Shown: positions 1 through 10,904, counted from the first letter of the stretch. The stretch: 64,000 bases of DNA from an uncultured bacterium (GCA_963726455.1 CAVSCK010000003.1:576001-640000); one strand, 5' to 3'. Translations and numbers: made by a program. The notes: generated by a model not told the origin, from the sequence alone.

Positions 1-3000
1 CGGTGGAACATACGCCGTCTTGTCAGTGTTGCTGGCTACCGTGTAGGACAGTCTTCCCGGACCAGGGTTCTGAATGATGACCGATTTGGTGATTGTGGCG
101 CCGCTATCAAGCACGGCGGTTAATGAAGTCGTGTTGATGACCATCTGGGGGATGTGGACATAAACGTTGGCCGGAACGGTTCCGGTCGTATGGCCGGGGA
201 CGTTGGATACAAAATTGAGCGCGCCAGTATTGGCTCCCGGCGTCAGGCCGGCACTCTTGATGGTGACTGGGATCGTCAAGAACTCACCCGGAACGATTAT
301 GTTCTGGGCTGTCGGGCAAGAGAGCCAGGAATTTGCCGGGGTGAATCTGATGCGCAGGTTGGACAAACCGGTGTTGGTTACCACCAGGTCAACCACGGAA
401 GTGTCACCACCGACCAAACTGTCCGCAACGGCATCGGGAGCGAACGAATACGCAGCAGCGCCGCTTCCCGATGTCACATAACCCTTGAGTTCGATATCGT
501 CAATATTCCAGCCGCAGTAGACCTGCGAACCGTCCGTCGGGCCAAGGCCCCAACGAAGCTGGAACAGCGGATTTCCGTCGGCATACGTTGCGAGATCAAA
601 GAAGCTCTCGGTCCAACCCGACTCGCTTAACGTGGCGGCGTTGGAATAGAGGTTGATCCAGTTCGTGCCATCAAATACTTCGAAGTATGCGTGGTCATAG
701 CTTGAGCTTTCCACGCCGAGTTGATGCCAGTAAGTCATCTGAACACCGGTTGCATTGCTGCAGTCAATGATCGGTGACTCTGCCCAGTAGGTCTGGCTAA
801 TGCTATTGGCGTATGAACCGGGGTTACCCAGGTTGTTGCCCAGGATCATATTGGACGGACCCACTGTATGGTCGTCCGAGGGATCGGGGCTGCCCGAAGA
901 AGATGAGCCACCGATTGCGGGGCCGATCTGCCATTGCGCAGCAGTTCCGAGACCAACCCAGCCCTGTTCGACCGTGAAGTCTTCGACGAAGAATGCGACG
1001 CGGTCACCGATCGTCATATTGAAGTTCGACGAGGTGAGGTAGCCGCCGTCACCGGAAATCGTCAACTTGGCAAGAAACGCGTGACCCATCGGAGTGGTCG
1101 AATCCGCTTGAACGATGAAAGCGTCAGCTGCGTTGTTAGCTGTGCCTCCGCCACCGTTAATGTTGCCGAAGAAGCCGGTGCTCTTAATGATATTGACTTT
1201 TGGATCTATCGCGCTAAGCGTGCCATTGATATTGAACGCCTGGCCGGAACCGCTGTTCTGAACCGTAATGGTCACCGGAGCGGTTTCGCCCGGGTCAAGT
1301 ATGCCGTTGTTGTTGCCGGACACGTCATTCACAGTGACTGACAGGTAAGCAACCGTCGGGGCATGCGTGGTCACGGTGAAGAAGCTCGTCCAGGTGTCGG
1401 TACCGGTACCAACAACGCTGACGTCGAACTTGATGCTGTGTCCATCGGGAGTCGACGGATCAACGGTAAAGGCAAAAGCGTCGGCAATATTCTTGGTGGT
1501 CATGCCGCCCGCCATGGTGCCGTAGTTTTCAGTGGCATCCGAGATTGTGACATAGCTGTCGGTCGTCGAAATCGTAGCTACGACGTCATTGGCAGCGTCA
1601 GGACCCACGTTGATGAGTTCCATGCCGAGCAGGATGTTTTCGCCGAAATCGATTTGGCCGTTGTTATTGCCGGCGGCATCGTTGATGGCATGGGCGTTGT
1701 GAACGATATATGGTCCATTCGGAGCGATAACCTGAATGGTCGTTACGTAAGGAATCAGGTTCTGGCCGGTAACGACGAGGTCAGCGGCACATGGCGCCCC
1801 GAACGGTGTCAGCGTCATATCGACGGTGCCGCCTGAGCCAACCAGCGCCGCGCCATGAAGCACGCCGCCAGACGACAAAGCGACATAAGAACCGGGGGCC
1901 GCCTGCACGGAAAATGTCGTGGACGTCATCAACATCGACGGCAGGTGCATGACGGGGTTCGTGGACGGAACCATCATGTAGGTGGAGAGTGACGGATCAC
2001 CCATCAGACTGTAGATTTCCCAGTAGTACTGTTTCTTGCTACTGGTCGACTGCTCAACGGCAAGAACGCCGCAATAGTTCATGGCGCCGTTGGTGATGTA
2101 ATGCTTGTTGGCCGGCTCGCCATGCTCGTGGAAAGTGCCGTCGTAGGCGCCAATTTTGGTGGCATCATACGGCGGACCGGCGGCGACGATGGCCTTGCCA
2201 CCACCAACGCCCCACCAGTAATCCTCATCCCAATAGGTGCTGTTGGTGCCACCGATATAACCGATGGAACCACCGTTGGCTTTCTGCAGAATCGCTTCAC
2301 CAAAACACGGAGTGCTTTCGGTAAACGTATTTGTCAGGCAGCAGTTGCCGACGGCGGTGAAGTACTTGTGATTGTTGGTAAGGGCATTGACATCGCTCAC
2401 GCCGAACGAAGGATCGGCCCAGCCATCGTGGCTGCCATGAGCGGTATAGTTGACAAAACCAACGCCCGAATTGTAGGTCGCGATAATGGCGGACTCAACC
2501 GAACCACCCGAGGCCGGATAGAGCCAAACGTTGGAGTTGATGTCGTGCGCAACGTTGAAATACAGATTCGTGCCGTAGTTGATCTGTCCATTGCCATAGG
2601 TAGCCGCGTAGCTGGCGTCGGCACCGGCAATAAGCGTGCAGTTGGCCAGGTATGACGGATCGGGCATAGTGTACTGCTCGTACTCGAGAGTCTTATCAAT
2701 TTGCGGCTGCAATTGTCCGGTTGTTTGCGCGGAGAAGCGGCCGATATAGACTTCCGGAATATTGTCACCGGTGTATTCGACAAACCGCATGTCAGTTACG
2801 TGCGAACCGGCGCCGCCTGCGAACGGCGGAATCTGCGGCGAGTCACCTACCAAAAGAACAAACGACGGCTTCGGATTCTCAGAGTTGTACAGTCCCTGAA
2901 GGTAAGTCTTAATGGCCGTGTTCGTAGTGCCGACGACATCGGTATAGCCCACGATAACTTTGAAACCCTTCTTGACCTTCCAGGCGATAAAGGGCTGCAA

Positions 3001-3783
3001 TTGGGCTTCGAACATTCTCGCCGACACGATGACCATCGTCATCGGATAGCGGGTGAGGTCGTCACGAAGTCCGAATGTGGATGCATCCGAATTCATCAGC
3101 ATCTGATAAAGCGGCTCGAATGCCGGAGAGTAGGTCGAGGTGTAGAGCTCGTTGGTAGCCGACCAGTCGGGATGCTCGAAACTCACCCGAACCGTCATCT
3201 CTTTGCATACTCTGATCTTATTCTGCGCGGCGTCATATTCAACCGGCGCCACTGATACTCTGCCAACTCGAAGGCCGCGCATAATACCCGCGACTTCGGC
3301 GGACGCCTTTGAAATCTGATAGTAGCCAGTGCGATTATACACGTCCTGATTGTACTCAAACGGAACATCGTCCGGATTTTGAGACTTGCTCAAAGACGGT
3401 TGAACCGGCATGATCCGGTTATAAACACCGTAATCTGCCAGAGAGATTTCCTGAATGTCGCTGGATAGAACCTCTGCTGTAAGGTCGCAGCCGAGTGGGA
3501 TAGCCATGAGCTGGTCGACGATAGGAACGCTCGGTTCGCCGACTCTGCCCGAACGGTCTATTCCCTGGGCGGTAAGCATCGTAAAGGCGCCAGCCTTGGT
3601 GTTGACCGGCGAAACCTCAAGCGAACCAACGGAAACTTTCAGAGTAAGGCCATTCTGGTCTCGCTCCATCAGTTGAATTCCATTGGTCGCATCACTCAGC
3701 TTGATCAGTTGTCCGGCAATGACAGAATTGCCGGCACCAATCACGAATAGCAACGTGAGGGCGACAATGACAAGCTTTCTCAA
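1..3783 (-). CDS. Gingipain-like C25 cysteine protease (Kgp-like) with propeptide; multidomain secreted protein running off the left edge (>1261 aa)
   Basis: Not in the ORF track; read manually. TTG start at 3783 after GGAGG, signal peptide MRKLVIVALTLLFVIGAG, propeptide (GEPSVP...IMPVQPSLSKS), catalytic NYTAHGS and GNCCLT, TYWDEDYWWGV, two NDxxGNNNG Ig-like repeats. The same frame is open at position 1. Confidence 0.9.
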   Translation of the reverse strand, partial: MRKLVIVALTLLFVIGAGNSVIAGQLIKLSDATNGIQLMERDQNGLTLKVSVGSLEVSPVNTKAGAFTMLTAQGIDRSGRVGEPSVPIVDQLMAIPLGCDLTAEVLSSDIQEISLADYGVYNRIMPVQPSLSKSQNPDDVPFEYNQDVYNRTGYYQISKASAEVAGIMRGLRVGRVSVAPVEYDAAQNKIRVCKEMTVRVSFEHPDWSATNELYTSTYSPAFEPLYQMLMNSDASTFGLRDDLTRYPMTMVIVSARMFEAQLQPFIAWKVKKGFKVIVGYTDVVGTTNTAIKTYLQGLYNSENPKPSFVLLVGDSPQIPPFAGGAGSHVTDMRFVEYTGDNIPEVYIGRFSAQTTGQLQPQIDKTLEYEQYTMPDPSYLANCTLIAGADASYAATYGNGQINYGTNLYFNVAHDINSNVWLYPASGGSVESAIIATYNSGVGFVNYTAHGSHDGWADPSFGVSDVNALTNNHKYFTAVGNCCLTNTFTESTPCFGEAILQKANGGSIGYIGGTNSTYWDEDYWWGVGGGKAIVAAGPPYDATKIGAYDGTFHEHGEPANKHYITNGAMNYCGVLAVEQSTSSKKQYYWEIYSLMGDPSLSTYMMVPSTNPVMHLPSMLMTSTTFSVQAAPGSYVALSSGGVLHGAALVGSGGTVDMTLTPFGAPCAADLVVTGQNLIPYVTTIQVIAPNGPYIVHNAHAINDAAGNNNGQIDFGENILLGMELINVGPDAANDVVATISTTDSYVTISDATENYGTMAGGMTTKNIADAFAFTVDPSTPDGHSIKFDVSVVGTGTDTWTSFFTVTTHAPTVAYLSVTVNDVSGNNNGILDPGETAPVTITVQNSGSGQAFNINGTLSAIDPKVNIIKSTGFFGNINGGGGTANNAADAFIVQADSTTPMGHAFLAKLTISGDGGYLTSSNFNMTIGDRVAFFVEDFTVEQGWVGLGTAAQWQIGPAIGGSSSSGSPDPSDDHTVGPSNMILGNNLGNPGSYANSISQTYWAESPIIDCSNATGVQMTYWHQLGVESSSYDHAYFEVFDGTNWINLYSNAATLSESGWTESFFDLATYADGNPLFQLRWGLGPTDGSQVYCGWNIDDIELKGYVTSGSGAAAYSFAPDAVADSLVGGDTSVVDLVVTNTGLSNLRIRFTPANSWLSCPTAQNIIVPGEFLTIPVTIKSAGLTPGANTGALNFVSNVPGHTTGTVPANVYVHIPQMVINTTSLTAVLDSGATITKSVIIQNPGPGRLSYTVASNTDKTAYVPP

Positions 3784-4062
3784 AGGTACCTCCAATGTGT
3801 TTGGGTGGTGAAGGAACTTGTGGCAGTTCCACGCGGGGATGGGTTATACACAATTTTCATTCTACTCGATGGCACAGTTGCAAGTATATCAATGACTAAT
3901 ATATGAAAACAGGTCTGAAATCCAACAAAAAAACGCTTCGGACCCCGAAAAAGTGCGGCCTATATCAATACTAGGATACGATTTATCCTGTTTAGAGCCA
4001 AGAGGCTCTCAAAGACGAAGTATTGTCGAAACGGGATGCTGAGAAACCCCCGTGGTCGAAGA

Positions 4063-4575
4063 CTATTGCTTAGCCAAACAGCGCACAATCTCGCCGATGA
4101 ACATTCGGTGATAGTCTTTTTTGGGATACGCTTTGTGTATCACCGGATCGAGAAAGAGATGGGGGTCGATGTCCTGCGAGTAGACCTTCCGGCAAACGAG
4201 AACCAAACGCGCTTGTTCGAAATACACGGCCTTACCTTCCCAGTCGATCGGCTTGAGACCTGTCTTTTCGACCTTGTTAACGTCGCGGCCTGATTTGTTG
4301 CCGCAGTAATCGAGTATATTACGGTCACGCTCCTCAAAAAACGTGAGCGTGAACAGTTCGGCCCTGTCGATGAATTGGTATGTGTGTCGCGTCGGGCGAA
4401 CAAAGCAGAAGGCCACTTTCTTGTTCCAGAGTTCGCCGAGCGCCCCCCAGGACGCAGTCATAGTGTTGAAATCGTTGAGATTACCGGCGGTGACCAGCAT
4501 CCAGTCATCCGCGATCAGTTTGAATGGGTTATCGGTGATGTCACAAACGGGCAATTCTTTGAAATCGGCGGGCAT
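4063..4575 (-). CDS. Flavin reductase-like FMN-binding protein
   Basis: WMLVTAG, NTMTASWG, FVRPTRHT, GNKSGRDVNK, HRMFIGEI; start taken at MPADFK. Confidence 0.88.
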   Translation of the reverse strand: MPADFKELPVCDITDNPFKLIADDWMLVTAGNLNDFNTMTASWGALGELWNKKVAFCFVRPTRHTYQFIDRAELFTLTFFEERDRNILDYCGNKSGRDVNKVEKTGLKPIDWEGKAVYFEQARLVLVCRKVYSQDIDPHLFLDPVIHKAYPKKDYHRMFIGEIVRCLAKQ

Positions 4576-4788
4576 GCAAACTCCTTGGGTAAGTTCTACA
4601 GCCATCATAAGCGACGGCCAACTACTGCACAACCAAAAATAGCTGGGTTAGTGAGTGCCCGGGGATACTCCTCTGCCCGATCTCGGCCGGTCGGCATTGA
4701 GCCGGAACATAGAGCATTTCAGGTTGCTTTTTCACCGAAATGGATTATATTTGGATGTCTACCAAGGAACCTCTCTGGGGCTGACGAT

Positions 4789-6858
4789 ATGAGAATTCAG
4801 ATGAGAAAACGGCTATTACTGTATCCGATCATTGGCCTGTTGATCTCGTTGCCGTCCGCGGCAACCGGGGTCTCCAAAAATGCACTTTTGCTCACCGGAA
4901 ACAACTCATCGGGCCTGGGGGCAACGACGCTGGGCGAATTGCTGGCGACGCTGAATCTCTCGATCAGTCTTAATCCGGGATATCCAACGCTGACTGACTA
5001 TGATCTGGTCGTTCTGGACGGAGATATCTGGGACAGCAGCCACGTAGGCGAGTTACGCAGCTACCTGCAGTTTGGAGGAAAGGTAGCGATGACCGGGGAT
5101 GCGCCTCGGTCGTTGGCACGATCGGATGATTTGACGGCAATCGCCGATGTCGTGGGCTTCAACACCTTCGGCGAAGCACTGAATGGACGTGCTATTGTCG
5201 GGACAGACAACCCCTATTGTCTGCCGTATTGGGGCGGCGATCCTCTGGGGAGCGTACCGGTCGGACTGCGCCCGTACCTGGCGAATCCGGCAAAAAGGAT
5301 TTGCGACATCATCCGTTGGGAAGACAGCAGTATCTGCAGCTATACTTTCCGGTCGTACGGGGGTAAGGTTTTCTATCTTGCGGACATTGTCGGAGACTCG
5401 ACAAAAGAATTGTTTCGGGCAGCCATATCGTCGATGCTCAAGTTGAGTCAGCACGGCGACGCTGACGGTTCGGGCGACATCAATATTTCGGATGCCGTCT
5501 ACCTGATCAGTTATATTTTTTCCGGCGGCGCGGCGCCTCGGCCCTTTGTCTCCAATGGCGATGTCAATTGCGACGGAGCCCCGGATATCAGTGATGTCGT
5601 CTACCTCATCAATTACATTTTCGTAAACGGCCCGCCGCCCTGCGCTCGATGTTACCGGGGAGCTGTCTATGTGGTCACCGCTATGGACACGGAACCAATT
5701 CTAACGACCGGGCCGACCGAGCATCTGCTGGGAGTCTACCTCAGCAATTTCGACAGCACCGGAGCTTCTGCCTACGTGAGCCAGGTCATGGATCCGGCAT
5801 ACAGGAATAGTCTCACGGATTCGTATGGTGGACACATCAAGTTCTCGTTCTTTCTGGAAACGGGCGAGTATTTCTGTCACAGCGACAAACTCGACTGCAA
5901 CGGTATTTACACGCCGATGGAGAAATTCCATCCGGCCATTGCGACATTTGGGGATGAATTGGGCTGGCACTTTCACAATTCGGCCTGGGTGCAAGCCAGT
6001 TGGGACACATTGCATTATTACTGGAGCCAGATCATCACGTTCAACGGCACAATGTACTGGGACGGCCCGGATATCGGCGCCGCCGAAAAGGCGCTGGATC
6101 ATTGGCTGATTGACAAAAATTTTTTCCCGTCGACGTTTCGTTCGGGATGGGTGTGGGAAAACAATGATTTTTCTAACTGGCTGGATGAAGTGGTTCCGTT
6201 TGATTTCAGCAACCTGTCGCCGCACGGCTGGGATCAACCCTCGTACAACATTTTTTGGGACTATTATGATTGGCGGCGCGCGCCTCAAGGATGGGTCTCC
6301 TATCATCCAAACCGGTTTGACTATCAGTCGTCGGGTAATCTGAGACGGACGATTCTTCACAGCAACTACACTGACCCCAACGATCCCGAATCAGGACTGC
6401 CGACTCATCAACTGCAAGAGGTGTTCGCTCGGGCGGCGCGTGGTGAGAATGTTTATGTGTCGGTGTACGGCCACACCTCAAATCCGTTGACGACATTTTT
6501 CCAACAGGGATGGTACAACGACCTCGTGAGTTTGTCCGCGCAGTATCAGGTACCTTTCAAGTTTGCCACATCGCTGGAAGCGGCGCGGGCCGTGACAGGA
6601 TATGACGCCGACTCGACCGCGCCGATTGTCACGATTACGCGCGAAGGCGACTCATTGGCGATCGTGACCAGCGAAACGATCTTTCAACGAAACCCTTACT
6701 GCGCTCTCAAACGGGGGGACATTTACTCGCGCGTGATACCGACGCCATCGGGCGACCGGAGATGGACGGTAGACGTGACAGGGTTTACCAGATTCACCGT
6801 CGCGATAGGTGTGTGCGACTTTGCCGGGAATGTGACGGTGGCGAGGTGGGAGGAATAG
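4789..6858 (+). CDS. Secreted protein with an internal dockerin and a C-terminal polysaccharide-deacetylase-like domain
   Basis: Signal peptide; dockerin duplication GDADGSGDINISDAVYLISYIF / GDVNCDGAPDISDVVYLINYIF; NodB-like motifs TAMDTEP, ELGWHFH, FRSGW, VYGH. Confidence 0.75.
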   Translation: MRIQMRKRLLLYPIIGLLISLPSAATGVSKNALLLTGNNSSGLGATTLGELLATLNLSISLNPGYPTLTDYDLVVLDGDIWDSSHVGELRSYLQFGGKVAMTGDAPRSLARSDDLTAIADVVGFNTFGEALNGRAIVGTDNPYCLPYWGGDPLGSVPVGLRPYLANPAKRICDIIRWEDSSICSYTFRSYGGKVFYLADIVGDSTKELFRAAISSMLKLSQHGDADGSGDINISDAVYLISYIFSGGAAPRPFVSNGDVNCDGAPDISDVVYLINYIFVNGPPPCARCYRGAVYVVTAMDTEPILTTGPTEHLLGVYLSNFDSTGASAYVSQVMDPAYRNSLTDSYGGHIKFSFFLETGEYFCHSDKLDCNGIYTPMEKFHPAIATFGDELGWHFHNSAWVQASWDTLHYYWSQIITFNGTMYWDGPDIGAAEKALDHWLIDKNFFPSTFRSGWVWENNDFSNWLDEVVPFDFSNLSPHGWDQPSYNIFWDYYDWRRAPQGWVSYHPNRFDYQSSGNLRRTILHSNYTDPNDPESGLPTHQLQEVFARAARGENVYVSVYGHTSNPLTTFFQQGWYNDLVSLSAQYQVPFKFATSLEAARAVTGYDADSTAPIVTITREGDSLAIVTSETIFQRNPYCALKRGDIYSRVIPTPSGDRRWTVDVTGFTRFTVAIGVCDFAGNVTVARWEE

Positions 6859-6922
6859 CTTCTATCCTTCTTCGGATTTCCGTCTCACCCAATGCTGTCT
6901 AGAATCAATGTGCTGACTAAAT

Positions 6923-8695
6923 TTACTGATGAAAATGCTGCCGAAAGCTCTTTGTTCGCTCATACGGCGTAATGTCAACGATTTCGCCCTCTTCGACACA
7001 GCGCTGCATGTCTCGCCAGAATTCAAGCGTGTAGAGATCGCCGTGGACTGATTTGAAGGCGGCGCGCAATGCCGGCGGCAGGCCGGAGTAGCGCTCCATT
7101 TCATCGAGGAAGTAGTCATCCGGCATCGCGACGATCCAGTCGGACTCGGGCTCCATTTCCTCGAATTCGTCCTGCGGCAGCGGCTTGATACGGAAATTGA
7201 TCCGCTCCAATGGCAGGACGTCGTCGTAGTCGTACAGCACGACGCGTCCGCGACGAGTCACGCCGTAATTCCAAATATTGAACAAGTCGCTGGGGAAGAT
7301 TCCTGCCGCGGCCAGATCCTTGAGGAAGTAGCCGAAATCGATCAGCACGCGCCGGACTTTTTCGGGCTCCCGCTCCTGCTGCAGGTACATCAACAGCGGC
7401 GTGACCCGGCGCTGGACATAGAGGTGGCGAATGACAATGTATTCGCCGACTTCATCGATCGTGTCCCTGGCAGCCGCTGTGAATTCCTCCATGAGCTGGT
7501 CGGAAAAGCGAAAGCGTTTGAAGCGCAAGTTTTCGAATTCCTGTGTATCTACCATGCGGCCGACGCGGTCACGGTGGGCGACAAACTCGTAGCGATACTT
7601 GACCTCGGCGTGGCTGATGGTCTTGGGCGTTTCGTCGGGCGTGCGCAAGAAACAGGGCATGTCCTTGATGATCTTGAGGACGTAGTCGTAATGCTGCATG
7701 GTGAAAGCGATCATGACCGCGCCTTCCCGCCCGGGAGCGATGATGAACTGCTCCTTGGAAATATGAACGTGCCGATGCAGGTCGCGATAGAACTCGGTCT
7801 TGCCGTGCTTGGCGTATCCGATTGAGATGTACAACTCGGCAATGTGCTTTTCGGGCAGGATCGATTTCAGGAAATCGATCAATTCATCGTGTCGATCGAC
7901 GTCGACTTGAAAGTATGAGTGCGCGAAGCTGAAGACGATGCTGGCTTCCGATTCACGCAGCAGCACCGTATCGACATAGATGCCCCGCTCGCCGTTGTAA
8001 AGAGGCATGATCAGCGGCACCGTATGCCATCCGGCAACGATACGTCCCACGATGTAAGCGACCTTGTTGCGGTAGAACAGCGAGTTGACGATATCGATCG
8101 CATCGTAATCCTGATAGCCGACCAACGGCCAAAGATAGAGATCGATTTCCTTGGCCACGAGCGCGGCGTCGCGATCGGCATCTTCGTAGTTGCAGGTAAA
8201 AAGATGATCGTCCAGAATTTTGCGAATCAGATGTTCCGTCTCATTCGTCTTGGCGTAGCGCTTTAGAATCGGAGATTCCTCAATCGGTTGCGGATGGCGC
8301 CCCTCGACGCGAAAGAACTCGATCTCGCGATCGAGGCCGACGGTGAAAAAGACTTTGCGCGTTACGGAATTGAAAAATGTCTCCGCAAGATCAAGGTCGT
8401 GTCGATCCGCAAACAGCGCCGGAAACTGCTCTTTCATCATCACCCAAACCCGGCGGTCAAGCAGGTGGTCGTTCAGAAGCGGTCTAAGTTTGGCGGCGAC
8501 TTCGGACAACTTCCGTTCATACAGGCCGAGTCGCGCGCGGACATCCGTCTGAAGAGCATTCCAGTCTCTTTGTTCAAAACGGGTGCGGGCGCGGCGGGTA
8601 ATTTCGCGAAATTGGGCGGTGTAGGAATTAAACTCGTCGCGGATGCAAGCTGTGGCCAGAGCGGCGAGATTGTCGGGAACAACTGTCTGAGTCAT
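6923..8695 (-). CDS. aceK: Bifunctional isocitrate dehydrogenase kinase/phosphatase
   Basis: 590 aa; AETFFNSV, FYRNKVAYIVGR, KHGKTEFYRD, KIIKD, DRVGRMVDTQEF, GVTRRGRVVLYDYD. Confidence 0.92.
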   Translation of the reverse strand: MTQTVVPDNLAALATACIRDEFNSYTAQFREITRRARTRFEQRDWNALQTDVRARLGLYERKLSEVAAKLRPLLNDHLLDRRVWVMMKEQFPALFADRHDLDLAETFFNSVTRKVFFTVGLDREIEFFRVEGRHPQPIEESPILKRYAKTNETEHLIRKILDDHLFTCNYEDADRDAALVAKEIDLYLWPLVGYQDYDAIDIVNSLFYRNKVAYIVGRIVAGWHTVPLIMPLYNGERGIYVDTVLLRESEASIVFSFAHSYFQVDVDRHDELIDFLKSILPEKHIAELYISIGYAKHGKTEFYRDLHRHVHISKEQFIIAPGREGAVMIAFTMQHYDYVLKIIKDMPCFLRTPDETPKTISHAEVKYRYEFVAHRDRVGRMVDTQEFENLRFKRFRFSDQLMEEFTAAARDTIDEVGEYIVIRHLYVQRRVTPLLMYLQQEREPEKVRRVLIDFGYFLKDLAAAGIFPSDLFNIWNYGVTRRGRVVLYDYDDVLPLERINFRIKPLPQDEFEEMEPESDWIVAMPDDYFLDEMERYSGLPPALRAAFKSVHGDLYTLEFWRDMQRCVEEGEIVDITPYERTKSFRQHFHQ

Positions 8696-8874
8696 ACTTT
8701 GAGCACGAAATCAAGTTCTCCCTTATGACGAATATCAGAAATAATTGCCTGGCGTGTCAAGGATATAGTGGCGATCTTTGGCGAAAGACACAGGTTGTTC
8801 AAACAGTCGCGCAGCACATCGCGTCAACCAAGTATTGAGCAGCGCTCGCGGATCACCTGAGAACGGGAGAACTG

Positions 8875-9843
8875 ATGGCAATAATCTATCGCAGACTTGG
8901 CAGATCGGGTCCGGAGGTGGCGCCACTGGCGTTGGGAGGCAACGTATTCGGCTGGACTGCCGACGAGTCCACCTCGTTCAAGCTGTTGAGCAAATTCGTT
9001 TCCTCCGGTTTCAATCTGATCGATACCGCGGATGTTTATTCGCGATGGAAACAAGGCAACAGTGGTGGCGAATCCGAACTGGTTATCGGCAAGTGGCAGA
9101 AGCAGACAGGCAATCGGGAGAAAGTCGTTATTGCCACCAAGGTGGGTATGGAAATGGGACCGGGGAAGAAAGGTCTGACGCGGTCATACATAATGCAGGC
9201 GGTCGAGGATTCACTGCGCCGTTTGCAGACGGATTACATTGACCTGTATCAGGCACACCGTGACGATCACGATACGCCGCTTGAGGAGACTCTTCAAGCA
9301 TTTACTCGACTGATTGAACAGGGGAAAGTCAGGGCAGTTGGCGCATCGAATTATGCGGCTGATCGTTTGCATACGGCACTGCAAATCAGCCAGCAGTCGG
9401 GGCACGCATCATTCGTAAGTTTGCAGCCGATGTACAATCTGTACGACCGGGAGGAATTTGAGTCCAAGTTGGAGGCGGAATGCACCGAAAACGCGTTGGG
9501 CGTGATTTCCTATTTCTCGTTGGCGAGTGGATTTCTGACGGGCAAGTATCGCTCTGAGGGGGATTTGTCGAAGAGCGCACGTGGTAACCGTGTCTCAAAA
9601 TATCTCAACGACAGAGGTTACCGAATCTTGCAGGCGCTTGACGCGGTCGCAAAGGAACAGGAATCAACTTCAGCAAGTGTGGCGTTGGCTTGGCTGATGG
9701 CGCGGCCGAGCATCACGGCGCCGATTGCGAGCGCCACAAGTCTCGAACAATTGGACGCACTCATCGCGGCAGCCGACCTGAAATTGAGCCGGCCGCAAAT
9801 AGAGTTATTGAATCAAGCGAGTGATTGGGATATAAAGAAGTAA
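8875..9843 (+). CDS. Aldo/keto reductase
   Basis: LGGNVFGW, IDTADVY, IATKVG, SLRRLQTDYIDLYQAH, GASNY. Confidence 0.95.
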   Translation: MAIIYRRLGRSGPEVAPLALGGNVFGWTADESTSFKLLSKFVSSGFNLIDTADVYSRWKQGNSGGESELVIGKWQKQTGNREKVVIATKVGMEMGPGKKGLTRSYIMQAVEDSLRRLQTDYIDLYQAHRDDHDTPLEETLQAFTRLIEQGKVRAVGASNYAADRLHTALQISQQSGHASFVSLQPMYNLYDREEFESKLEAECTENALGVISYFSLASGFLTGKYRSEGDLSKSARGNRVSKYLNDRGYRILQALDAVAKEQESTSASVALAWLMARPSITAPIASATSLEQLDALIAAADLKLSRPQIELLNQASDWDIKK

Positions 9844-9866
9844 TTCTCAAAGAAAGGGTGGTGACA

Positions 9867-10904
9867 ATGAATCGAGGATGGAAGGCATCGGTCAGAATAC
9901 TGGTGCTGGCAATTGCGGCATCCGCGGCCGGCTTGACGCCGCTCTTGGGACAGACATTGATGGAGCAAGCGAGAACCTACTTTGCTCCCCTGCCGAAGGT
10001 TATGGATTCCAAGGAGAACACTGTCACGCCGGAGAAGGCGAAACTCGGCAAGACGCTGTTCTACGAAACGAGAATCTCGGTTGATCGAACTGTGAGCTGT
10101 TCCAAATGTCACAAAATAGCGCTCTACGGAACCGACGGATTGAAAAAAGCCATCGGCAATCACTACAAGACCAATCCCAGAAACGCACCAACGGTGTTCA
10201 ATGCTGCCGCGCAAATCTCGGAACACTGGATCGGAAATCGCACCTCAGTTGAGGATCAGGCAAAACAGGCGCTGGTCGGACCGCCGTCCTACGGGCTGGC
10301 GTCATACGCTGATGCGGAGAAATTCCTGCGCAGTGTTCCCGGCTATCAAACATTGTTCGCGGAAGCGTTCCCTAACGACAAGGAGCCGGTCACCGCAGAC
10401 AATTTTGCCAAAGCCATCGGCGCGTGGGAGCGAACTCTGGTAACACCATCGCCGTTCGATGATTATCTGAATGGTGATACTACGAAGCTGGATGCTGCTC
10501 AGAAGGCCGGGCTGGCGATGTTTATGGGTGTCGGCTGTGCGCGCTGCCACAACGGTCCTTATGTCGGCGGCGAAATGTATGAGAAATTCGGGATCAAACA
10601 GCCCTATTGGAATTTGACGCACAGCCCGGAAATAGACTCCGGACGATTCGTCGTCACACGCAGCGACGCAGATATGTTTGTCTTCAAGATTCCAGTGCTT
10701 CGGAACGTCGCCATGACGTCGCCCTATTTTCATGACGGCTCTGTGGATAGTCTGAGTAACGCCGTGAAGATTATGGCGCAAGTTCAATTGGGAGTGACGC
10801 TGGATGAAAGCCAAGCCGGCTTGATTGTTGCTTTCCTCAAAAGCTTGACCGGCCAGATACCGCAGGACGCACTAGAAGTGCCGATTCTGCCGCGGGAAGA
10901 TTAA
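9867..10904 (+). CDS. Di-haem cytochrome c peroxidase
   Basis: Signal peptide; CSKCH and CARCH haem motifs; RNAPTVFNA; FKIPVLRNVAMTSPYFHDGS. Confidence 0.93.
   Translation: MNRGWKASVRILVLAIAASAAGLTPLLGQTLMEQARTYFAPLPKVMDSKENTVTPEKAKLGKTLFYETRISVDRTVSCSKCHKIALYGTDGLKKAIGNHYKTNPRNAPTVFNAAAQISEHWIGNRTSVEDQAKQALVGPPSYGLASYADAEKFLRSVPGYQTLFAEAFPNDKEPVTADNFAKAIGAWERTLVTPSPFDDYLNGDTTKLDAAQKAGLAMFMGVGCARCHNGPYVGGEMYEKFGIKQPYWNLTHSPEIDSGRFVVTRSDADMFVFKIPVLRNVAMTSPYFHDGSVDSLSNAVKIMAQVQLGVTLDESQAGLIVAFLKSLTGQIPQDALEVPILPRED

Noticed and set aside
154-3676. Plus-strand ORFs of up to 184 aa
   Set aside because: Antisense shadows of the minus-strand C25 protease.
4375-4788. Long N-terminal extensions in the ORF track (also at 13986, 27979, 28041 and 35311)
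   Set aside because: They overlap neighbouring genes or promoter regions; RBS and signal peptides support the downstream starts.
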